Under the pieces are notes generated by a model. The model had not been told where the DNA came from and searched no databases. It was given only the letters and a program-made list of their open reading frames with translations. From the NCBI RefSeq assembly GCF_011745625.1, contig NW_027191492.1, positions 1 to 64,000 of the forward strand: a DNA stretch of 64,000 bases. Reading direction: 5' to 3'. The stretch comes from Cladosporium halotolerans (lineage: Eukaryota). Position 1 is the first letter of the stretch. Each line of letters opens with the position of its first letter. This document shows positions 23,553-34,599 of this stretch, one piece after another. The position numbers and the translations under genes are program-made.

Positions 23553-25337
23553 TTAGTTATGGATACTATCGGAACGTTCTCCTCTGCAACTATTCTCCCA
23601 CACTTGAGCTAACATTGCAAGGCTGTCTGTAGTATTCCATCCAGTGGCTTGTCGAATATCCTCCAACGCTTGTTTACATGCACCCCGGATCTGCCGCTCC
23701 ACAAGGCACTGGCCAGCCGTCTCCAACAGCTGCACAGCGTTCACCCATGCAGTGCCTGTTCTGTTGGTCGCAGAGTTGGCCACGATCTTACGAGCGAGGT
23801 CTACTACTAGGGGCGACATTGACTGAAGCGTCGAAACGCGCTCGGTGGGCATAGACGGGACGCAGATGGCGTGGACCAGCGCTAAAGTGTGGTACATCTG
23901 CCAAGCTGCGGCAACAGAGCCATTGGCATAGCTGACCGCCTGGAAAGCATTTTGTGAGACAGCGCTGAGCGGTCTGCATGTCATGGGACACTCTGCCTTG
24001 TGGTGCTGAATCTGCAGGGAGAGGTAATGCCATTCAGATTTGTGCGACTCAATCAGGATCTTATTCGTAGGATGGCGGATCCGACACCCAAAGTTATGCA
24101 CGGTACCAAGAAGAAAGACGATCTTGTTGGCCCACGTGTCCAGAGTCCAGGAAGGCGGGTCTTCGTATGCTGCAGACGGAAGCCATCGAGACGTCTCGAA
24201 TGGAGTCGGCGTGCCGGAAGATAAGGAGGAGAGGATCATCATGCGGCAATATATCCAGAAACACTATGCTCGACAGTCAGCAACCTACGTCAATGTTCTG
24301 GTGTCAGTAACATACAGCTTGTGCGAGCCCGCCGGTCCGTCCGTCACAGCCTTGCGCCATCACCAGCTCACATGTCCCTTTCAGATGTAAATTCCAACTC
24401 CCGGCCTTGCTTTCAATCATCTCACAGTGTGCGATTAGTAGACAGCTGGCAAAGGTTGCTGGATCGTTGGCCCTGGTCTGCAGTTGGACCGAAAGTGTCC
24501 GCAGCGCATCGTTATAGTACGTGAGAGCATCTTCTTGGCCATTGCTTGTCACCAAGAAATGCTGTCGAGCGGCGGCGGCCAGACACGCCAGCCTCAACAG
24601 CTGATTGTTCAATGCAAGCTGTGGCACTATGTCGCTGAAGTGGCGCTTGCTGGTATCAAAAAGGTCGAACCATGGCCCTATGAATTCCACATATCTCGAC
24701 ATGTAGAATGCGTCCCTTTCGTTGGTGATTGGAGGCCCGGTGAAAAGGAGGACATCGTGAGCAGTCTCAGTTACGTCTCTAACAGGAAAAACTGAGCCTG
24801 CATGGCTAGATGGGCCTACCTGTCGGTCGGTCTCGTCATCTTGCGGCCTTCCAGTGATCGTGTACATTCGAGAGACCTGATGAGATTCATCGACAAAGCG
24901 GAGTGCCGAACTTGAGCCTGCGAAAAGGTAAGCATTGAGGCACGAAGGTGGCTGTGGATAGATGGACAAACGATCAATTTTAGCCTCGCCTGTACCTTGA
25001 CTTCGATGTTCATTATCATTTGGCTGAGCAGGTGCGCTCCATTGCAACGCCGTGAAAAGTGGAGGCTGCCCGTTGGAACATTTGCGTTTCTGGTGACGAC
25101 AATTTCGACAAGGAGCCTCATAATCACCTGTCCGTAACGCCGGTTAAATGATGTCTGAAAAAACCACACGTGATGATTGCCCTACATTTGAGATGATGGT
25201 TACGACAATGCTCGCAGGCTGTAAAGCGTCAGTGTTGTGGCCAGATCATGTGGAACTGGAGCAAGCCGACCCAGTTTGCATCTTGAACTTGGCCCCCTGA
25301 TAGGCACCTTAAGAGCGCCAGATCGCACAGGTGGCAT
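23553..25337 (-). CDS. Zn(II)2Cys6 transcription factor with fungal-specific TF (Fungal_trans_2-like) domain, 3 introns
   Basis: Splicing out 25270-25219 and 25185-25128 gives MPPVRS...KLACEHCRNHHLKCDYEAPCRNCRHQKRKC. Later 'YVEFIGPWFDLFDTSKRHFSDIVPQLA' and 'WNLHLKG'; third intron about 24315-24265. Confidence 0.9.
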
Positions 25338-25677
25338 CTTTGGCCTTTAGAAGTAAGGAGATGTGCCGTCGGTTGCTTTATGAATGTGTTGTTCAAGGCC
25401 GGATGCTAGATGAAGAATCTCCACTCCGCACATGAGGGGGCGCTTAGTCAGCAAGTTTTGACGGTCTTAAACAAGATTCTTCGGGAGACTACGGACCAGA
25501 CAGCAACATGACAGTTGATGTTTCCGTCCTACAAACTGAAACAATCGACTGCTGGCGCTTCACTTCAGGCTCGATTTTGCGAGGGGTACATGCTCGTCCG
25601 TTAGACTATTGAGATTTATGACTGCGTTCTAGCTATAATTTCCGAGGTACGTCAGGCAACCAATCCCAGCTCTGCCT

Positions 25678-27224
25678 TTATCCGCACAAAGACGGCAACA
25701 AAACCATCTCCGTCGTGCATTTGATATCTTCCTCGGGGAAGTCACCCCAGAACTGTGTTGAGAAAATCAGCTGCTTTTCAATTACCCAAGGGGTCGAACA
25801 GCCACTCACCTGTGCCACATGTTGCCGTATCCGATGGTGATTCCTACCGGGCTGCACCTGTCCGACAACACCCGGTATATCAGACTCGGTTCGACGTGGA
25901 ACGATCATTGGCCTGCCCACGAAACCTTCGCAGCCCAGAAGAGCAAAACCCAGGGCCTCTTTGGCGCCCGCCGGGATGCCAACCTCGTCAAGGAGCATTA
26001 TCTTGGTATTGGGCATCTGTTCTCGCAGGTAGTTGATAATGTTGGGATTGTACGAGCCACCGCCGCCCATATAGATCTCGTCAACACCCTCCTTAGGACC
26101 CCATCTCTTATAAGCCTCTGCGAGGGATTGTGCCGTGATACGGGTTATGGTCGCTACGCAATCTTCTGGACTGGCACCGTCTGGAAAAGTCAGCTCTACG
26201 ATCTGGTACAAGGCAAGTTACTTCACTCACTCGCCAACATCCGGTCGCAGACATCCTCAGCCATACGATCGCCGAACGTTTCTCTGCCTGTCGTTTTGGG
26301 AATGTCGTGCTGGAAGTATGGACCTCCGAGTATTTCGTCGACGATGCCCTGAGCTACCACACCCTTCGCGCCCATGGCACCATCTCTGTCATATTCCTGC
26401 TCTCCACGCGTGAAGTAGCGAACGGCCGCGTCGATGAAGACGTTACCGGGGCCTGGAATTCGAAATTGAACCGTCAGCACCCGTATGGCCAGTCCTGTCG
26501 GCACATCCATACGCTTACCTGTGTCAAAGTCATAGCAACCTTCCACATCGCCCTTGGGGAGTATGGAGAAGTTGGCGATGCCTCCAATGTTCTGTACCGC
26601 TCGATTCAGTGACGAGTGATTCAACAAGAGTGAGTCGAGCGCAGCAAACATTGGACAGCCTTGGCGTCCGAGAGCCATGTCCGAGACGCGGAAATTGCCC
26701 AGCGCCGTGGCTCCTGTCCTGGCGGCCACGATGGCAATCTCAGCCATGTCCAAGTGAGCCCGCACTTGGTCACCTTCGAACAGCTCCGGCAGCGGCAAAT
26801 GCCAGATGGTCTGACCCTGTCCGGCAATGAGGTCCACGTCTTTGCCGAGGTCGAACCCCTTGCTTTTCGCGAACGAGTGAACTGCATCAGCAATGACTTC
26901 GCCCAGCTGGATGTTCACGATCGCAATCTCCTCCGGCGTCGTCCGGTTCTCTTTGATCAATCGCAGGACCCTGTGTTTGAGCGGTTGGGGCATCGGATAC
27001 TCGCTGTAGTGAAGAAGCTGCATGTTCAAGGGTGCCAGCGGCGAATTTTGCGTAAAATGGACCAGGACAAGGTCCACGCCATCCATCGACGTGCCCGCAT
27101 TGTGACCAATCACTTTGAGAGACCTTGGGAAGCTCAAGTCAGGAAGATACGTTCGAGTATGAGAAACATTGAAAGGCAAAACTCACAGGCGAGTCCCATG
27201 GAGATTGTTCCGTGCAGCAGGCAT
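25678..27224 (-). CDS. Levoglucosan kinase / anhydro-N-acetylmuramic acid kinase (AnmK) family 1,6-anhydrosugar kinase, 4 introns
   Basis: 'GHNAGTSMDGVD', 'GQTIWH', 'FRVSDMALGRQG', 'QNIGGIAN', 'DFDTG|PGNVFIDA', 'PKTTGRETF', 'GGGGSYNP' and 'AKEALGFA'. Confidence 0.93.
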
Positions 27225-27981
27225 CTTGAGGGATGTGACCAAAGGCCTTGGAATGGCGACTGTAAACGGACAACGGGCAAAGGTGCATTGCGGCAAGTTT
27301 GGCCCGTCGGACGGAGAGGTCAAGTTATATGTCGAGTGGAGAAGCGGTGCTCGAGCTCTGCAGCGATCCGGAGTCGGTTACCATCCGAGAGCAGTCTGGC
27401 GTTGCCGACTCCAGACATTTTGCAGGGGGCAGCGGGGTCGGCTACAGCGAAGGGTCCGCCTCGAGCCGTGCGACCGATTTTCGCATGGTTCTCAAGGAAT
27501 ACGCTGCGAGATGGGCACTTGCTGCTCAGTAGTGGCTGCGAAGCGGGAACCCAGCGCACCTGAGCAAGGGGTGGGGTCGACTGGTTCAGCCGCTACCCCG
27601 GACTAGATCTCGTTTGTCCAAGGAAGGAAGCCAAGTCCGATCCCGATCCCGTCCCTGTGGTAGAGCCCTAGGAAGGCAGCCAACTCCGGGGACAAGAACG
27701 TTCACGATATTCGGTGGGTCCGCATTCAACTGCCTTCCGGGGAGGCCATGTGGCTGCTCTATGACTTCCCCACGACGCACATGGTAATGCCGAGTGGCCC
27801 GCTCTCATGCTTTACCGCATTCGTGCACACCCATTGGGTGCAGGATGGGCCTGGAGCGTTTGCAAACCACTTATAAGACTTTACTCATGTGCCTTCTAAT
27901 CAGGAGTTACGCATCCAAGTCGTTCCCACGACGACTCTCTAACGCGCAGGACCATCTTTGACATCGAACCCATCACCGAAG
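27225..27981. promoter_or_regulatory. Bidirectional promoter between the kinase and sugar porter, rich in CGG-N3-CGG motifs
   Basis: TATA-like elements at 27325-27330 (minus) and 27872-27876 (plus). CGGAGTCGG 27369, CGGGGTCGG 27433, CCGATCCCGATCCCG 27637; palindrome CCGTCGGACGG 27304. Confidence 0.55.
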
Positions 27982-29814
27982 ATGTTGAATCTTACCCCGT
28001 ACACCGCGACCATGGGTCTTGAAGGCACCCGCCTCAACCTTGCAGTGGCCGGCATCGCAGCGTGCGCTTTCTGGCTCTTCGGATACGATATGAGCGTCAT
28101 GGTAGGCTACCTCATGTCTGTGCAACGCATCAAGCTGATGTACTCGCAGGGTGGGTTGATCACCGAAGAGTCGTTCACCTCCGTGTTTCCTGAGATGAAC
28201 GACCCCAGCGTGCAAGGCATCGTCATTGCTGCGTTTGAGCTCGGAGCGTTGGTGGGAGCTCTGTCGTGCCTTGACCTGGGAGACCGCTCGGGCAGAAGGG
28301 CAACTGTTTGGCTCGGCATGTGCTTCATGCTCATCGGAGGGTGTCTCCAATGCAGCGCTTGGAAAGTTGGACAGCTGTTGACCGGACGTGTCATCAGCGG
28401 CATAGGTCTGGGACTGCAGGTACGATTTTTAATTCCTTCGTATGTGACGGCAAAGTAACGATCCATGGCAGGTTGCCACGGTTCCAGCATGGCAGTCGGA
28501 AACCGCGAAGCCTCATTCCCGTGGTAGATGGGGTAAGTAGCAGTCTGGGGATGTTGTCGCAAGCACATCACTGACCGTAATCACAGTCATGATCGAAGGC
28601 GGTCTGCAGACTTTCGGTGTGGCGTGCGGTCAGCTTGTGTCTTGGGGCTTCTTTTACGTCCGCGGTCAAGTCCAGTGGCGAGCTCCTGTCGGCATTCAGC
28701 TGTTTCCAGCGTTGATCGTATTTGTATTCATCAATTTCTTGCCGGAATCTCCGCGGTGGCTTGTCAAGCACGGCATGATCGCCGAGGTACGTCACCATCA
28801 GCACTTCGGTGCGCGAGAAGCTAATCACCTCGTAGGCTACTCACAATCTGTCTAAGCTACGAGGTCTACCGGAGGATCATCCCGAACTGCTAGCCGAGCG
28901 CGACAGCATTGTTGCATCCTTCGAGGCGCAGGCCGAGCTGACACCGTTCTCATACCAAGAACTGTTCGAAGGCGGCAAGACGAGGACCTTTTACCGCGTT
29001 GCTATCGGGCTCTTCATCCAGTCCGCCCAGCAGCTCTCTGGTATCAACATGGTTTCGACGTACGCCAATAAGATCCTGCAAGAGTCGTTCAACCTGGACT
29101 CCGGCCTCTCGCACCTCATTGCCGCCATGGGAGGTGTCGAATATGCCATTTGCTCCCTGCTGTCGGTGCTCCTCATCGAAGGACTGGGCCGCCGCAAAGC
29201 ATTCATTTTCACTGCTGCAGGAATGTCCGCCTGTTTCGCCGTCATCGCCGGTCTACTCTCGACCACAGAAAGGGCAAACAAACTTGCTGCAGCTGGCCTT
29301 CTGTTCCTGTTCAACACGTTCTTCGGGCTGGCCTGGGTCGGTGGGCCATTTCTCTACAGCGCCGAGATTGCGCCCCTTCGCTGCCGAGCTGAAGCAAATG
29401 CCATTGCTTCAGGTGGCAACTGGCTGTTCTGCTTCATTGTGGTGATGATCATTCCACCTGCATTCGCGAACATCGGATCGAAGACCGTGAGCTTTGTGCC
29501 GTCCTTGCATCCAGAACGACAAGCTGACACGAAACCAGTACATTATCTTCGCCATTTTCAATGCCCTTTTCGTGGTCATCATCTACTTCTTCCTCGTTGA
29601 GACGAGAAAGAGATCCTTGGAAGAACTCGATGTCGTCTTCGCTGCAGGTGGAAACCCGGTCTTGCAAGAAAAAAAGATGCCTCATGGTTTGAGCGTCGAC
29701 GATTCGCGCCGTATACTTGGACTGGAAGGAGTCTCCATGGACATAATGTCCGGTGCGCCGCCAAAGAACTCAGAAGATGAGACGAGGTTTGAGCACATCA
29801 GATCGAAGGACTAG
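27982..29814 (+). CDS. Sugar porter (STL1-like clade), about 5 introns; start at 27982 or 28012
   Basis: 'LFGYDMSVM', 'GDRSGRR', 'GRVISGIGLG', 'VPAWQSETAKPHSRG', 'WRAPVGIQ', 'PESPRWL', 'QQLSGIN', 'YSAEIAPLRCR' and 'VETRKRSLEELD'. Confidence 0.93.
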
Positions 29815-31291
29815 ATCAGTAGCGAGAGAGAAGGGTGCCTGCGAGAGAAGTCTTGTGGCGTCAAGCAAGATTCCTGACGGGAGACGGGTGACAGAGTAGC
29901 GAGGCTATGTCGGCCCTAAGCACCAAAAAAAAAAAAAAAGGCGGGCATCCCCTGCTGGACTACCATTCCCGAACCTCGTCGCACGCTATTCGACGTGCGA
30001 GAGTCTTCCTGTCACTGCTACCTCCAAAAGTAAGCAGCCCAGGGTTGAACCGCTGACTAATGTCTCGGTATGGAAGGACGCTTCGTCCTTGCCTTCTTCA
30101 CTGTTCCAGGCCCACGTTGACGGCGCGGGTTTCGCGTCGAGGGCGTTCGCGACGGCCTTGACGACCAAAAAGCTCGCTACGATCAAAAAGCTCCACAAGG
30201 TCATTGGCATCACCCGCTATCTGGTCATAGGTCGTGGCTTTGATCATGCCACGAGGCCAGAATCCTACATACATTTCTGATAGCCACTGGCCCGTTGAAG
30301 ACCAAATCTTTAGGACCAACTTGGATCACAGGACCGCAATTGCTCCTAAGGAATTCTAGATATATTTTGAGACCAGTCAAAGCCAGTCGATTACAGAGAC
30401 GAAATAGCTGCAAATAATGAAGGCGCAGAAAATGACCTGAGACATAGGGGATCGCGCAGGCAGATCGAATAGGTCGAATAAAAACATGTGTCACCACCAC
30501 GAACGCGACTAGGTCGTAAGCATAGAAGTATACGCCTTCATTGTGGTAGCAAGGTAAGACACAAGTTTACACGTGTGCATGCGATGAATGAGAATCTTCG
30601 GAACTCTGCCGCAGTCGGAGGCGCTCCCCGCTTCCCTAACTTACAGCAGCTTCTTTTATTGCTCTGATAAGAAGACATTCAAGGACTTAAGAATCTCCGA
30701 ACAGCCGCAGTACATCTGTCGGACAGTTGAACCCAATATCGGAATCTGCGCGGATCAAAATTGGCAAAAACATGCAACAGGCGGGATTCCCAGATGGTCA
30801 CCCACTCTAGTACTAGTCGCCCGGTTCAGTGCTTATATATGGCAGAGCGGAGGGGATACCCAGCTGTCTCTGACCTATGGCCGTATGTTCTTGCGTTGTC
30901 GTTGTAGTACATTATAAATTCCAATTTGTAAGACTCAAAATGGGCAAACCATTGGGCACACGATCAGATGACACGCGAAAACGTCCTTGTGGCTGCCATG
31001 GAGAAAATATTGAACGCGCTGACCATTCCAATGTGAAAGCGAACACTAGACATGAGGAGGTAGCGCTTTACTGTACAGTCCATGTAGCGATGCCTCATGT
31101 CTCCTGAGCTCGAATATTCATTGTTTTGGCACCCGCAAAAGTACAGTCGTGTATTCAGTCCTCCATGGACAAGATTTGTAGATGTTGGCGCATGTTTGCG
31201 TTTTACAAAAGCTGACTTTGCCGTTTGCCGGGAGTATATGCTTCAATTAAACCTCACATGCGTCGAGTTGGCTCATATATCTATCATAAGC

Positions 31292-32850
31292 TCATTTTGA
31301 GGTCGAGTCGAGATCCTCAATGATGTGAGCAACGTCGAAGACTCCTTCGTCGGAGCCGTACTGGCCGATGATTTGCATGCCTACACTCCTGACTTCGGCT
31401 GCATCCATACCGCTCCGAGCGTCTTCAGGCAGGGGAACTGGGACACTCAAAGCAGGTAGCCCTGCCAAGCTCGCCGGCACAGTGAAAACATTAAGCATAT
31501 AGCTCTCGACCGTCGTCTGGCGTTTCAACTCCGTAATTGTGGGCGGGAGCGTCGGCGCCGTGGGCGTAATGAGGGAATCTACGCCTTCTCTTTTGCTCGC
31601 TTGGTCTTCCATGGAATCAAGTAGAGGGTTCTGCGCAGCAAAGACCGTATCAAAGTCTCGCTGCACCAGCCTGCGGACTTTCTGCGCCTGGATGACGTAG
31701 TTTTCTATCGCGTCCGAGCTAAGCGTATACGCTCCGAGTAGAATTCGACGACGTACTTCTTCGCCGAAGCCTTCGCCAGGGGTTTTGGCGTATAGCGGCA
31801 GATCTTCTTTCGGCAGGGCGTCTGGGCCAGAAGTTCGATTGCCGTATCGGATGCCGTCGTATTTATTAGCCAGATTCGAGCTCGCTTCAGCCGGTGTAAG
31901 AACGTAGTAAGCGCTGAGAGCCTATTTGGTAGCGGGCAGTGAGATAGGGACCATCGTGTGGCCGACGTTTTGCAGTCGCGAGAGAGTCTGACTCCAGGCT
32001 TGTCGGACGGGAGCCGTGAGTTCCTTAATGTTATACTCGCTCGGCACGCCGATACGTAGGCTTCCTTTCTTCTTCCTCTCTCCGCCACAACCACTCAATC
32101 GCTTCCTAGCACCCTCCGACAGACTCGTCGGATCCTCCCGATTATACTGATTTAGTACCCTGAAAACCTTCCCCACATCTTTCACCTTCCGCGCCAGTAC
32201 GACAACCGTGTCTAGCGAATTCGCATACTGAATCACACCCCACCGCTATAGTAGCCCATAGCTGGGCTTAAACTCCACGACGCCGTAATACGATGCCGGT
32301 AACCTCACACTTCCTCCTATATCCGTTCCCTACGCGGCCTACGCTTCTCCTGCCGCGACGGCGACTACGCTCCCGCCGCTGCTACCGCCAGGCGATAAGG
32401 GCTCGCCGTTACGAGTGAACGGGCTAAGGATAGGGCTAGTAGAGGGTGTTTGGGAGTGAGAGCCCATACTCAACTCGTTGAGGGGAGGTTCCGAGGTGAT
32501 TACTACGCCAGCATTACGGAGGAGGGTGACGACTGTTACGTCGAAAGGTGAAGTGTAGCCGGAGAGGATGGTAGAAGAGGCGGTTGTGGGGTGGGTGGTT
32601 GTGACAATGTTGGCTTTTATTGCGATTGACTTGCCATCTAAGTGACCTTCTCTGTATTAGCTATGCGCGCGTACTATCAACACATGGCATGCATAGCAGA
32701 CGACTGTGTCGAATCTGTGCTAGCATCTCTGCTTTGCTGGATAATTGGTCTGAGCCCATTGGGCTGTCTTAGGGCGCTCACATAGTGATAAAATCGCCGT
32801 AGGCTCGGCAAAAGAGCTTTCCGGGACTTTTGCAGAGACGGGCGTATCAC
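31292..32850 (-). pseudogene. gatA: Glutamyl-tRNA(Gln) amidotransferase subunit A (GatA/Her2) pseudogene
   Basis: Amidase signature '[50 protein letters not shown]', plus '[16 protein letters not shown]', '[15 protein letters not shown]' and '[16 protein letters not shown]'. In-frame TAG at 32339, 32330, 32246 and 31922; no intact ATG. Confidence 0.9.
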
Positions 32851-34599
32851 ATTCTTTTGCTCGGTGGGTTGAAGATGCAAGGCGGAAGTGCAAGCTGCGC
32901 GATCATGGCGGACCCTTGGCGCGACGTCGGTGGAGAGCGGACATCAACTGGCGAGCGTGCTACCTCACTTTTCTTATCTCCTCCTCCCGACCTACCCTCG
33001 GGTTCCAATTTCGGCGCAATGGCCTTCATTCATGGATGTTATTCTGGTCACCCTGGAAAAGGCTGAATTCAACTCATGCAAGGTGCTGGCCACCTTCGGT
33101 TTCTGGACATGATCATACTTTCATTTTCCGGAATACGGATCTACCTCTTATACTCAAACTTAGGATGCTAGCATAGAAATTACCGTTCCACTCATCCCAT
33201 CAATCCCTCGACAAAGCTCAGAACCCCTCCTTCCTCGCCTCCGGCACAGCATCCACAGCTATTCCCCAGCGCGGAGGCGACTTGCTCCTGTCATCGCCGC
33301 GTTTCCTTTGCCCGCCACTGTTCCTCCTCTTCGGCGTTGAACCTCTGGACCAAGGACTGTCCATGAAAATTTTCGATTGCTGTCTTCTCCTCGAGATACT
33401 TCCGGACCTGGAACATAGGTGTTGAGGTTATAAAATCCTAGGTGACTACCGTCACATGAGTATGAGTCAGGTGACTAAGACGGTCGAATTCGGTCTCGGT
33501 GAAGAGGAGTGAAGAAGCGATGAAGTGATGAAGCAATAGTTCGGTGCTGTCATTTCCAAGCAGTCACTGTGAACAATGAGTTGAACACATAAGGACAGGA
33601 GTCTCCTTGGGTTCGAAGTCGGGTTTCTAAGTTACAGTGACACTCTTCATCCCGCCTGCACCGGAACGCCATAGATCATGCGCTTGTTGCCCTTTCTTAG
33701 ACCTGTCGTCCTAAGTGACTGCAATCACGTGACTGATGCTCATGTGACTGAGCAATTTCCTTGAGTGTGGAGGACTTCAGAGGGGGGTTGAGAGGAGTTG
33801 CATGTCTGTCTGGTGTACTCGATGCGACATCAGCGAGATCACTATCACCAATGCGCTTGACGCAGATCTCATGATACGTTCCCTCTCGCCAAACTACCAT
33901 ATGGAACACAACGCACTCGGGGCGCCATATGCACTGAAGCAAGGGATCACAGGCGTAACATCTAGCCATGTACGACACACGCACTGACGTGGGGTGCATA
34001 AGGCACAACGCTGTGATCCATCAGATCAGGCTCGTGACGATCTGTTAACAAATCAACACAACATCTATAATCTAGGAATCTCTCAGTGATCCAAGGCTCA
34101 ATCGAATCATCTTCATTTGCAATCTGAGCACCTGGAAATTTACAGTCAGCAACCATTCTCAGCACTTTCGAGCATTTGAAACAAAGAACCAGCCAATTTT
34201 TACTGTATATCACGATGTTGCGGCCTTGTGCTTCTACAGGCGCCAGCGAGCACCTCGGGCACTGCAAAATCACAGTGGCATCTTTATGCTCCAATGTTGA
34301 TGAGGCTGATTCTGCACTGACCGAACCGACTCAAGTCGATCGTTCTCATGAACCCAGAGTCTTCTCGCGACAAGTCTTCCAGCGGTGGCCGCGCGTCGTT
34401 TAGGTGGTCGCTCGCGACGAACTCGATGCGCCTTCTTGCCTGAGATCTCGTAGCTCTGTCGACTGCTATACAGCGATAGGTTCGTAGCCGGCACCACGTA
34501 TAGGTGGATCTCGTCGCCGACCCACAAGCGCGCTCAAGGATTTTATTCCGCCCGGCGCTAAGCACTTGAAGGGTAACAGACTATTTACGCTACATACAT

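Noticed and set aside
29925..29939. Poly-A 15-mer as a possible retro-element tail
   Set aside because: No target-site duplication or SINE/LINE body is visible; probably a simple homopolymer.
29976..30330. 7-bp inverted repeat and a short minus-strand ORF with a possible intron
   Set aside because: Too short to distinguish from chance; no family recognised.
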